From positions 1 to 40,802 of the forward strand of contig JAEUSJ010000002.1 of the NCBI GenBank assembly GCA_016788215.1: 40,802 nucleotides of DNA, written 5' to 3'. Positions 1 through 11,992 of this stretch are shown here, piece after piece. A program made the translations under genes and the position numbers. Position 1 is the stretch's first letter. The number at the start of each line of letters is the position of its first letter. Under the pieces are notes generated by a model. That model saw only the letters and a list, made by a program, of their open reading frames with translations. It searched no databases and was not told the DNA's origin. The DNA comes from a bacterium (GTDB lineage: Bacteria > CLD3 > SB21).

Positions 1-1372
1 GTTAGTCCCGGATGAGCGGATAACATCAAAGCACATACGCCCGCCGTCAGCGGACACGCAAAAGAAGTCCCGGGGTTCAATACATACCCTGTGGCATTGG
101 TTGCGCTGGCCATACTGACGGCGTATCCCATTGCCATCACGTCCGGTTTTATCTGTCCGCGCGTTGTCGGCCCAACGGAACTAAATGCCGCCCTTATGCC
201 GGACGCATCGACTGCGCCAACAGCTATGACGCTATCGCCATCCGCGGGCGCACCTAACGTATTATGTGAAATATTGGCATATTCATTTCCAGCGGAATTT
301 ACAACCACGAGACCCATACCTACGCCGATATTGGCCGCTTTAGTAATCCTCGTTGAATCTCCATTCATCCATGCCCAATTGTATACGCTTTTGTCATAGG
401 TCAGCGCACCGGATGAATCAAAATTAATATACCCCAATGAACTGCTTATAATATCAGCGCCAAGCCCTTCCGCCCATTCCATAGCAGCGATCCAATTATC
501 CTCTTCGAATGGCGTTTCACTGCTGTCATTTTCCGTTCTCGCCAAAATATAATCTGACTTATAAGCCGGCCCGATTAATTTGCCGGCTTTATATCCGCCG
601 ATGACAGAGAGCGTATTGATGCCGTGCGAACCAAACGCCGAACTTGTATTCACCGGAGCCACATTTTCTTTTTTGTCGACAAAATCGTAGGTATCAATAA
701 TGTTCATACCTGACAAAGCCTCGTGAGACAACAGCCGAAAACCGTTATCCAAAAGGGCGATAGTTACACCCTGCCCGAAAAAACCAAGTTGATGCATTTC
801 GGGTACTTTGATCTGCTTGAGCTGTGAATAACTGTACCCGTAAAACAAAGAATCAAACTCGCTTGAAGAAGCCTTATTCAATACGCGCATCAGTTCAACC
901 GATTCACTTTCATCGATATCCTTGTTTTTCTGGAATCGCGCAACGGGGGCGATTCTGATTATGAAATCAAAATTATTCATAATTTCAATCTGTTCCCGCG
1001 TAGCCCAAGCGCTTACTGCGTTAAACCATTTGGATGTATTACGAATAATTATGCCCTTTTCTTCAATTGCTTTGCAATAATTCTGGAAAACAGGAACATC
1101 TCTTTCATCAACAAGATTATCAGAACTCCGCACTTTTGCGCGGCGTTTAAGGGCTTTACTTGACAGAGTTTGAAAAGCGCGATTTTTTTTCAGATTAACA
1201 TCCGCTCCTTTGTCCTTGAAATAAATCCAAACAAGTTCTTTCTCATCGGAAGACATTTTTGACAATCGGTCTTTCAATACGATATCGATTTTGTTATCAT
1301 TTCGTTGCATCGGAGCCACAAGCATGAAAACGCAAAAAGTAAAAACGACCATACCGCGCCATTTAATATGTG

Positions 1373-1376
<4 letters not shown>
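1..1376 (-). CDS. S8 (subtilisin-like) serine peptidase, N-terminal 458 aa. The C-terminus lies beyond the left window edge.
   Basis: Absent from the ORF track because the frame is open at the edge. I translated the minus strand by hand from the ATG at 1376 down to position 3 and found no stop. The N-terminus MTHIKWRGMVVFTFCVFMLV looks like a signal peptide. The catalytic contexts are VTIALLDNGF (Asp), AFGSHGINTLSVIGG (His), VNSAGNE (oxyanion Asn) and NPGTSFACPLTAGVCAL (Ser). The start overlaps the upstream stop as ATGA (1373-1376). Confidence 0.85.
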
Positions 1377-4419
<3,043 letters not shown>

Positions 4420-5883
4420 TTAACGGGCCTGGATAACAACGTTCTTAACCATACGCACGCCGTACGATGCGTATCGGCGGAGTTCCTGAACGGAATGGAT
4501 ATTGGAAAAAGTTTTGATGACGTATTTGGGAGACAGATAAATATGACGCAACCCTTTCTTTCTATAATCCATAATCTCCTCACGGCTCAAGAAAAGCGTA
4601 GCCATGGTTGGATCATGGAAATAATCATGCCCTATGACTTCATCATCGAGTAAACCTGATTCTTTTGCAATCGCATGAAGTTCCGTTCCTTCATACGGCG
4701 TCGCAATGTGAATTTCTGAAAAATCGCAATCCAGTTCTTTAGCGAACCGTATCGTTTTTTCTACGGATACATGGTCATCCCATGGGAGGCCAATCATAAA
4801 GAAGCCGTATACACGCAATCCGGCTTCTTTGACGAGTCTTACGGCGTTAACTGCATCTGCTGCCGTCGCATCTTTTTTCATTTTTCGCAGAATCTCGTCA
4901 TCCCCGCTTTCAAAACCGAATGCCACAAGCCAGCAGCCGGCCTTTTTCATCCACTCCAGCCTTTCCGAATCGATCGTATCCACACGGCTATTGGCAACCC
5001 AGCGAATGTCCAATTTCCGATTAAGAACTTCCATGCAAAGCTCGATTACAAATTTCTTGTTGATTGTAAACGTATCCGCTTTAAAAAAAAAGTCTCTAAT
5101 GGCATACTTGCTCACGCATTCTTCAATTTCATCAACAATATTCTGAACCGATCGCTGGCGAACTCTCTGTCCGGAAATCGCAGGGGTCAAACAAAAAATA
5201 CATTTTGAGGGACAGCCGCGTGAGGTTTGAATCGTTGCCTGCGGAGCTCCTGTATCCGGACGAATATACAGCTCGTTCTTTAGTAGATCTCTGGCCGGAA
5301 ATGGGATCGAATCCAAATCGAAATCAAATTCCTTCTGATTATTACGAATCCAATGCCCATCTGTATTTTTCCAAATAATTCCGGCAATCGCTGAAATTGA
5401 CGTTTGCCCTGTCAGGCCGGAAATCAGATCATGTATTATGGTTTCCGCCTCACCGGCTAACGCATAATCCATACTTGAGAATTGCGGCCTGAGGAATAAT
5501 TTCAAATCCGATGAAAAGAATAATGCGCCCTTTGCAACCGTGACAATCGACGGGTTGACTTTCTTTGCAAGTTCAAATGCGTAGAGATCGTCCAGAACTG
5601 TAGCGGTTGTCACGCTCATGATAAGCGCGTCCGGCGACCATTTCTTCAAATCATGCTCATATTTATCCCACGATAATTTTTCGGCAGGATAGTCTGCAAT
5701 GAGCGGCGCAATCCCCATTTGCCGTAATACCGCCGCCATATACGCCAAATCATTCGGAGCCCGCAGTGACACGGCAGACGATTCCTCGATATTAGCCTGG
5801 CACCGGTCTTCACCGCGCTGGTACAATGGACCGGGAGGATTGATCAGTAAAACAGTTTTCAATTTGATATGAGAATTCAGCAT
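4420..5883 (-). CDS. B12-binding-domain radical SAM protein; substrate unknown
   Basis: 487 aa. The N-terminal part resembles a cobalamin-binding Rossmann domain (VLLINPPGP...RGEDRCQ...NDLAYMAAVL). The CX3CX2C cluster is SRGCPSKCIFC (nt 5191-5214). The ATG at 5881-5883 directly abuts the TAA of the upstream UbiA gene. Confidence 0.85.
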   Translation of the reverse strand: MLNSHIKLKTVLLINPPGPLYQRGEDRCQANIEESSAVSLRAPNDLAYMAAVLRQMGIAPLIADYPAEKLSWDKYEHDLKKWSPDALIMSVTTATVLDDLYAFELAKKVNPSIVTVAKGALFFSSDLKLFLRPQFSSMDYALAGEAETIIHDLISGLTGQTSISAIAGIIWKNTDGHWIRNNQKEFDFDLDSIPFPARDLLKNELYIRPDTGAPQATIQTSRGCPSKCIFCLTPAISGQRVRQRSVQNIVDEIEECVSKYAIRDFFFKADTFTINKKFVIELCMEVLNRKLDIRWVANSRVDTIDSERLEWMKKAGCWLVAFGFESGDDEILRKMKKDATAADAVNAVRLVKEAGLRVYGFFMIGLPWDDHVSVEKTIRFAKELDCDFSEIHIATPYEGTELHAIAKESGLLDDEVIGHDYFHDPTMATLFLSREEIMDYRKKGLRHIYLSPKYVIKTFSNIHSVQELRRYASYGVRMVKNVVIQAR

Positions 5884-6825
5884 TTATTCAAAACGTAAAT
5901 TGGGGTTGATATAATACATTTCAATAATCGACAATCCGATCCAGATAAGGACGGAGGCCACCAGCGGTTTATCCGAAAGGATCAAACGTGTATGATCCAG
6001 TTTTTCTTCATTGCGGTAGATGATCAGCAGGTATCGAATCACGCCGTAAAACACGCTTAACACGCTTAACATAACCGCAATTCCGTTTTGCCATTGTCCG
6101 CGTGAAATGACATAGAAGATGTATGAACCGATTACGGATGCGGCCAGCGTCACAATGAGCATATCCAGAAAGTACGGCGAGTATCCGCGTTCAAAATGAA
6201 CCGAGGCATGATCCGACATGATCTCATATCGGCGTTTACACAAGGCAACGAGTGTAGCAAGAAAAAATGTTGATATCAGAATCCAGTTCGATACGTCAAC
6301 ATCAAGCGCAGCAGCTCCGGCAAGGACGCGAAAAACAAAACCCAACCCTATAATGCCGACGTCAACAATGGCAATTTTTTTCAGAAAAAACGAATATAGC
6401 AGATTGAGCGTTAAATACGACAGCATGACCAAACCCACGGTCATGCCGCTTGTAAATGCCAATAGTATTGAAACCGACCCGAGGCCTACAGAAAACAAAA
6501 CCGCATGCGGTATTTTCACAAGCCCGCGCGTAATCGGCCGCATCCATTTCGAAGGATGATTGGCGTCTTCCGTCCGGTCAACAATGTCGTTAATGATATA
6601 AATCGTACTTGAAACCAAACAGAAAACGCAGAACACATATATGGATTCAACAATCGATATCCAATCAAAAAGACGGTGCGAAAAAAGCAGAGCAACAAAT
6701 ACAAAAATATTTTTTGTCCAGTGCACCGGGCGCATGGACAAAAATAAATACCGCAGCCGTTCTGCCGGAGTTAATGCAGGCGACTCCATTGGACGGAATT
6801 TTCTATATTCTGTGATAATTTTCAT
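5884..6825 (-). CDS. UbiA-superfamily transferase, decaprenyl-phosphate phosphoribosyltransferase (DPPRS)-like
   Basis: 313 aa and multi-pass. It has RPVHWTKNIFVF, the Asp-rich motif NDIVDRTEDANHPSKWMRPITRG (nt 6565-6591), and FRVLAGAAAL...CKRRYEI. From memory this motif set matches the mycobacterial Rv3806c-type family rather than the quinone, heme or chlorophyll prenyltransferases. Confidence 0.78.
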   Translation of the reverse strand: MKIITEYRKFRPMESPALTPAERLRYLFLSMRPVHWTKNIFVFVALLFSHRLFDWISIVESIYVFCVFCLVSSTIYIINDIVDRTEDANHPSKWMRPITRGLVKIPHAVLFSVGLGSVSILLAFTSGMTVGLVMLSYLTLNLLYSFFLKKIAIVDVGIIGLGFVFRVLAGAAALDVDVSNWILISTFFLATLVALCKRRYEIMSDHASVHFERGYSPYFLDMLIVTLAASVIGSYIFYVISRGQWQNGIAVMLSVLSVFYGVIRYLLIIYRNEEKLDHTRLILSDKPLVASVLIWIGLSIIEMYYINPNLRFE

Positions 6826-6834
6826 ATTATTATT

Positions 6835-8694
6835 TTACAGAACTTCCAGCAAATCGAACGCCATTTCAAATTTATTAAATGGCGGCATGACGTAGACGCC
6901 TTCCACGAGATGCTTGGCTTCTTTCAGAAATTCTTTTGCGATCTGAACGCCTTCAGCTTGACCACGGTCACCTGCTTTGTTCATACGCTCTTGTATTGTT
7001 TGAGGAATGGTAATGTCCGGAATTTCATTATGCATGAATTGCGCATGTTTTGCATTCCTCAAAGGCATGATGCCGAGTAGAACGGGAATCCGCCCTTTGA
7101 ATTTCTTTGCATATTCTTCCAGAGGTTTCAAATCATATAAAACCTGCGTCATGGCGAAATCCGCACCGCCTGCAATTTTTTGTTCAATCCGCTCATGCTC
7201 CCTTGCCAGATCCACCGGCGTGGGATTAACTGCGCAGGCCTTAAAAAAGTTAGTTTTTGATCCGATAGGTTTTCCTGCCAGATCGATCCCCTGATTGAGA
7301 TTATTAATGAGTTTGATCAGTCCGATCGAATCGACATCAAAAACACCGGTTGCGTTCGGATAATCGCCAACAATCGGCGGGTCTCCGGTTATGCCTAATA
7401 TAGTCCGAATATCCATCACATGCGCGCTCATCAACTCTGACTGCATCGCCAATAAATTACGGTCCCGGCATGAAAAATGAAGTATCGTTTCTATGTGCAC
7501 GCTTTTGTTTATCAACGATGCCATTGCCAGCGGAGTCATGCCGGCTTTGGCCAGAGGATTATCGGCAATATTGATTGCGTCTACGTCATGTTTTTTACAC
7601 AAGATAGCGCCTTCGATCACTTTCTCATAATTTAAACCGCGCGGCGGATCTAATTCCACGCTGATCACAAATTTTCCGGACTTAAATTTGTCGATTAGAG
7701 AGGAATGATGCGTGTCTTTACGGTTTTGCGATTTTACGGTCACTTCTTCCGGTTCAACCACGCTAATTTTTTTATCTACTTTTTTCGGGGCTTGAATGCC
7801 GACCGCATTTCGAATCGAGCGAATATGTTCCGGTGTTGTACCGCAACATCCGCCGATAATATGCACTCCCGCAGCTACCATGAGCTTAGCATATTCGCCA
7901 AAATAATCGGGGGACGCCAGGTAGATATACCTTCCGCCGACGTAACGGGGCAATCCTGCGTTCGGCTGGATCGAAAAAAAAGTATCGTCCATTCCGTTCA
8001 TCTTTTCTAAAACTTCCAGAAGCACCTGCGGGCCGACGGAACAATTGGCTCCGACAACGTCTGCACCGAGCGATTTCAATATTTTTACAACTTCCTGCGG
8101 TTTATTACCCATCAATGTCTTACCGTCTTCAGTAAAACTCATTTGCGCAACAATTGGCAGTGATGTCACTTTACGCGCAGCCGACACTGCTTCTTTAGCC
8201 TCTTCGATATCGGAAATCGTCTCGATCATGATAAGATCAACGCCGCCGTCAGCCAGAATCTGAATTTGTTCCGTGAAATATGCGCGCGCTTCCTCGTGTT
8301 TGATTTTTCCAATCGGCTCCAGCGGTTTTCCAAGCGGACCGACGGATCCGGCTACAAAAATGTGCTTTCCGAGTTCTTTTTTCTTTTTGTCGGCTACTTC
8401 CCTTGCGAGATTTGCCGCTGTGCGGTTGATGTCAAACAGTTTGTCCTCAAAACCATGATGGGTCAAACGAAAACGATTTCCGCCAAAAGTGTTTGTCTCA
8501 ATGATATCGGCGCCTGCGTCAATATAAGCCGAATGAATATCACGTATCATTTCAGGGTGGGACATGTTAATCGCATCAAAGCAGTGATCGAATGTGATCC
8601 CTTTGTCGTATAATTGCGTACCCATCGCTCCGTCGCAAATCAATATACGTTCGCGCAGAGTCTCCAGGAAATTATTTGGGAGATTATCCTTCAT
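6835..8694 (-). CDS. yitJ: Bifunctional homocysteine S-methyltransferase / 5,10-methylenetetrahydrofolate reductase (YitJ-type fusion)
   Basis: 619 aa. The N-terminal Hcy-binding domain has ILICDGAMGTQL and the zinc ligands GANCS...GGCCGTTPEHI. The C-terminal half is MetF-like (FVISVELDPPRG...GITGDPP...). ATGA overlap with uvrC at 8691-8694. Confidence 0.85.
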   Translation of the reverse strand: MKDNLPNNFLETLRERILICDGAMGTQLYDKGITFDHCFDAINMSHPEMIRDIHSAYIDAGADIIETNTFGGNRFRLTHHGFEDKLFDINRTAANLAREVADKKKKELGKHIFVAGSVGPLGKPLEPIGKIKHEEARAYFTEQIQILADGGVDLIMIETISDIEEAKEAVSAARKVTSLPIVAQMSFTEDGKTLMGNKPQEVVKILKSLGADVVGANCSVGPQVLLEVLEKMNGMDDTFFSIQPNAGLPRYVGGRYIYLASPDYFGEYAKLMVAAGVHIIGGCCGTTPEHIRSIRNAVGIQAPKKVDKKISVVEPEEVTVKSQNRKDTHHSSLIDKFKSGKFVISVELDPPRGLNYEKVIEGAILCKKHDVDAINIADNPLAKAGMTPLAMASLINKSVHIETILHFSCRDRNLLAMQSELMSAHVMDIRTILGITGDPPIVGDYPNATGVFDVDSIGLIKLINNLNQGIDLAGKPIGSKTNFFKACAVNPTPVDLAREHERIEQKIAGGADFAMTQVLYDLKPLEEYAKKFKGRIPVLLGIMPLRNAKHAQFMHNEIPDITIPQTIQERMNKAGDRGQAEGVQIAKEFLKEAKHLVEGVYVMPPFNKFEMAFDLLEVL

Positions 8695-10574
8695 AAATCA
8701 TGTCCCCCGTCATCTGTATTCCGTTCATTGAAATATCCATAAATTCGCCTGGCGATATTTTCGTTAATGCCTTCCACTTCTGCGATTTCATCCATCCCGG
8801 CTTCCGACAGTTTCTTGACTGATCCGAAATGATTGATCAACAATGTTCTCCGCTTTTCGCCCACTCCGTCTATTTCATCGAGCTCAGACATGATAACACG
8901 TTTTTCTCTCCGATCCCGATGAAACGTAATCGCAAAACGATGCGCTTCGTCGCGTACGTGCTGCAACAGCTTAATACTCGAGGAGGTTTTTGGAATCATG
9001 ATGGAATCGGTTACACCCGGAAAAAATATTTCTTCCATCCGTTTTGCCAGCCCGATGATCGATTGGCCCTCCGAACCCGACCTAGAAACCGTTATGCCGA
9101 GTCCTTCGAGCGCCGACACTGCGGAAGACAATTGCCCTTTACCTCCGTCAACCACGATCATATCCGGAAAATCAAGACCCTCTTCAAGAACCCTTAGATA
9201 ACGGCGTGTCAGCACCTCGTGCATGCTGGCAAAGTCATCCGGGCCATCCACCGTTTTGATCTTAAATTTTCGATACTCGCTTTTCTTTGGTTTCCCGTCT
9301 TCAAACACCACCATCGACGCAACGGGATCGCTTCCCTGTATATTTGAATTATCAAAACACTCTATCCTCCGCGGCAGAGTTTTTAAGTTTAGATCGCGCT
9401 GCAAACTCTGCAGCACTTTCGGTATAAAGGCCTCCTTCGCTTTCAGTTTTTGCAACTTAAGCTCGCCAAGGAGCAAGCGCGCGTTGCGTTCGCACATATC
9501 CACCAGCTTGTGTTTCTCGCCGATTTTTGGAACGACAAAAACTACCGCCTCGCCGGATTTGCTCTGAAGCCAGTCCCGTAACGCAGACGGCTCATCGGGT
9601 TCCAACTGAAGATATATCTCATTGGGGATATAATCCGACTGAAGATAATAATTTTTTAAAAGCGTTTCCAAAATCTGTTGCTGCGTCTTGTCTTCCACGT
9701 GAGTAAAATAGAAATGCTGCCTCCCGATCATCTTCCCGTCACGGATCTTAAAAACTACGCCGCATGCCTGATCTTCCTCGGCGGCAACTGCCAAAATATC
9801 TTTATCCGAGAGATCCTGAAAGACTACTTTTTGCGATTCCGTATAGTTTTCGATAGCCATGATCCGGTCACGAATCTTCGCCGCTGCCTCATACTGCTGC
9901 GCCGAAGCATATCCCTGCATTTCATTTCGCATATGCTTCAAAAGAACGTTCGTTTTTCCGTTCAAAAATCGTTCCATCTGCTCAATGATTTTACCATACT
10001 CGCCTGCGCCGATCAGACCCTGGCACGGGCCGTCGCACTTATGAATATAGTAATCTAAACATAGTTTCACTTTTTTGGCATGAATTGTTTCCGCCGTGAA
10101 ATGATGCGTACAGCTGCGAACAGGGAAAATACGGTGAAGCGTTTTAAGCGTGTGACGCAAATTTTTGACGTCCGTATACGGTCCGAAAAACCGACCCCCG
10201 GATTTCTCTTTCTCACGTGTCACATAGATACGCGGGAAAAGTTCATCGGTAACTTTAATGTACGGGAAACTCTTGTCGTCTTTAAGTTCAATATTATACC
10301 GTGGCCGGTATTCCTTCACCAGATTCGATTCCAGGATCAGCGCTTCTACTTCTGAATCTGTCTCAATAATTTCCACATCTCGAACTTTGGAAACCATCAC
10401 CTGTAACTTCAGATCGTCGCGCTTGGATTCCTGAAAGTACTGCCGCACGCGATTTCTCAGGATTTTCGCTTTACCTATATAGATGACTTTTTGTTGTTCG
10501 CTCTTAAAAAGGTAACACCCCGGCGTCTTGGGCAGGTTATCCAGTTTGTTCTGCAGATCGGAACTGATATCCAT
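8691..10574 (-). CDS. uvrC: Excinuclease ABC subunit C
   Basis: 627 aa. It has a GIY-YIG domain (GCYLFKSEQQKVIYIGKAKILRNRVRQY), a UVR motif (QQYEAAAKIRDRIMAIE), an endonuclease V-like domain and a C-terminal HhH pair (IDGVGEKRRTLLINHFGSVKKL). Confidence 0.95.
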   Translation of the reverse strand: MDISSDLQNKLDNLPKTPGCYLFKSEQQKVIYIGKAKILRNRVRQYFQESKRDDLKLQVMVSKVRDVEIIETDSEVEALILESNLVKEYRPRYNIELKDDKSFPYIKVTDELFPRIYVTREKEKSGGRFFGPYTDVKNLRHTLKTLHRIFPVRSCTHHFTAETIHAKKVKLCLDYYIHKCDGPCQGLIGAGEYGKIIEQMERFLNGKTNVLLKHMRNEMQGYASAQQYEAAAKIRDRIMAIENYTESQKVVFQDLSDKDILAVAAEEDQACGVVFKIRDGKMIGRQHFYFTHVEDKTQQQILETLLKNYYLQSDYIPNEIYLQLEPDEPSALRDWLQSKSGEAVVFVVPKIGEKHKLVDMCERNARLLLGELKLQKLKAKEAFIPKVLQSLQRDLNLKTLPRRIECFDNSNIQGSDPVASMVVFEDGKPKKSEYRKFKIKTVDGPDDFASMHEVLTRRYLRVLEEGLDFPDMIVVDGGKGQLSSAVSALEGLGITVSRSGSEGQSIIGLAKRMEEIFFPGVTDSIMIPKTSSSIKLLQHVRDEAHRFAITFHRDRREKRVIMSELDEIDGVGEKRRTLLINHFGSVKKLSEAGMDEIAEVEGINENIARRIYGYFNERNTDDGGHDL

Positions 10575-10592
10575 TAAAGTATAATAAAATTA

Positions 10593-10886
10593 TTATTCGC
10601 TGTCTTCCAGTTCTTCCATCTCTATCTGGGAAGCGCGTTTTCTCTCACTTTCAATAATTTCAATTACGGCTTTGGGTATCTCAATGCCGGTTAGGTCATA
10701 CGGAGCCAGTTCGCGAGCTAGAACGTTGATCTTCTTATCAATCATATGCCGTTTATTTATTAATATGATATGCTCTTCTTCTTTGGTACAGTAACCGCCC
10801 GTAAAATCACCTTTTTCGTGCCGAACTTTGATATCGAGTTGTTGGGCAACTTCTTCGAGTGTTGAAAGTATTTTTTCTTTTTTCAT
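10593..10886 (-). CDS. Hypothetical small protein (97 aa) with an acidic C-terminus
   Basis: The ORF fits tightly into the array, with an 18-nt gap to uvrC and a 20-nt gap to the upstream gene. I recognised no motif. Confidence 0.5.
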   Translation of the reverse strand: MKKEKILSTLEEVAQQLDIKVRHEKGDFTGGYCTKEEEHIILINKRHMIDKKINVLARELAPYDLTGIEIPKAVIEIIESERKRASQIEMEELEDSE

Positions 10887-10906
10887 AATCGTATCGAGTA
10901 AGAGAG

Positions 10907-11980
10907 TTATAATAGTTCGTTTCGTTTTTGACTCTGCAGTTCATCAACAATTTTCTTAACATCCTGTGCCTGATCCCGGCGGCATATCAATAACGCGTCA
11001 TTGGTATTGACAACGATCAGATCATGAACTCCCACCATGGCGACAACCTTTTCTGGAGAATAGACCAGCGAATTCGTTGAGTCCATTATAACGTGATTAC
11101 CCGTCAAGGCATTCCCAAAGGAATCTTTTTTGGATAACTGAAATACTTCTTCCCAACTGCCTACGTCGTTCCAGTCAAATTGACTTTTGATCACATATAC
11201 TTCTTTGGTTTTTTCCATAACCCCATAATCAATCGAAATACCTTTGACAGAGCGATACACACGGTTGACCACGTCAGCATAATTAGTATGATGTAGGGCA
11301 GATTTGATCTCGATTAACCCTTCATGCAATTCAGGAAGAAACTCCTCAATAAGTTTTAAAATCGTGGAAGCCTTCCAGATAAACATACCGCTGTTCCACA
11401 AGAAATCGCCGCTGGAAATAAATCGTTTGGCTGTGTCTGCATTCGGTTTTTCAGCAAAAGCCTTAACCCGAAAGGCTTTTCGGCTTTTACCGATTGGATC
11501 ATGATCGTGATATTGTATATATCCGTAACCTGTTTCCGGGCGGGTTGGAATGATACCTAATGTGACGCACGCGCCGGTCTGGGTTGCTATTTCGGCCGCA
11601 AAACTAATATCCGCGCAGAACACCTCGACGGGTTTGATAAGATGATCGGCTGCAAGAACCGCCATAACGCCATCCGGGTCTTTTTCCATGATATGAAGCG
11701 CCGCTAAACCAATGCACGGCGCCGTATTGCGCCCAACCGGCTCAACAAGAATATTCTCACTGCTAATCTGAGGCAGTTGTCTTGACACCGAAGCAGCTTG
11801 GTGAATATTTGTAACAATGTATATATCGTTCGCTTCGACCAGCGGTTGGATACGTTCAACCGTGTGCTGAATCATACTTTTGTCGCCGAAAATATTCAGC
11901 AATTGTTTCGGACTAATGCTCCGGCTTCTCGGCCAGAAACGTGTCCCAACGCCACCCGCCATGATCACTGCATATAGCAT
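10907..11980 (-). CDS. Mannose-1-phosphate guanylyltransferase (GDP-mannose pyrophosphorylase, no isomerase domain)
   Basis: 357 aa. The nucleotidyltransferase signature is AVIMAGGVGTRFWPRSR, followed by EPVGRNTAP and the MEKT...V...DWNDVGSW pattern typical of ManC/CpsB N-terminal domains. Confidence 0.85.
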   Translation of the reverse strand: MLYAVIMAGGVGTRFWPRSRSISPKQLLNIFGDKSMIQHTVERIQPLVEANDIYIVTNIHQAASVSRQLPQISSENILVEPVGRNTAPCIGLAALHIMEKDPDGVMAVLAADHLIKPVEVFCADISFAAEIATQTGACVTLGIIPTRPETGYGYIQYHDHDPIGKSRKAFRVKAFAEKPNADTAKRFISSGDFLWNSGMFIWKASTILKLIEEFLPELHEGLIEIKSALHHTNYADVVNRVYRSVKGISIDYGVMEKTKEVYVIKSQFDWNDVGSWEEVFQLSKKDSFGNALTGNHVIMDSTNSLVYSPEKVVAMVGVHDLIVVNTNDALLICRRDQAQDVKKIVDELQSQKRNELL

Positions 11981-11992
11981 GTTTACCCCAGT

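Noticed and set aside
91-399. 102-aa plus-strand ORF, the only track ORF in the first 1.3 kb
   Set aside because: It lies antisense to an uninterrupted S8 peptidase frame that has all catalytic motifs. Its Ala/Pro/Thr-rich, low-complexity composition is typical of a shadow ORF.
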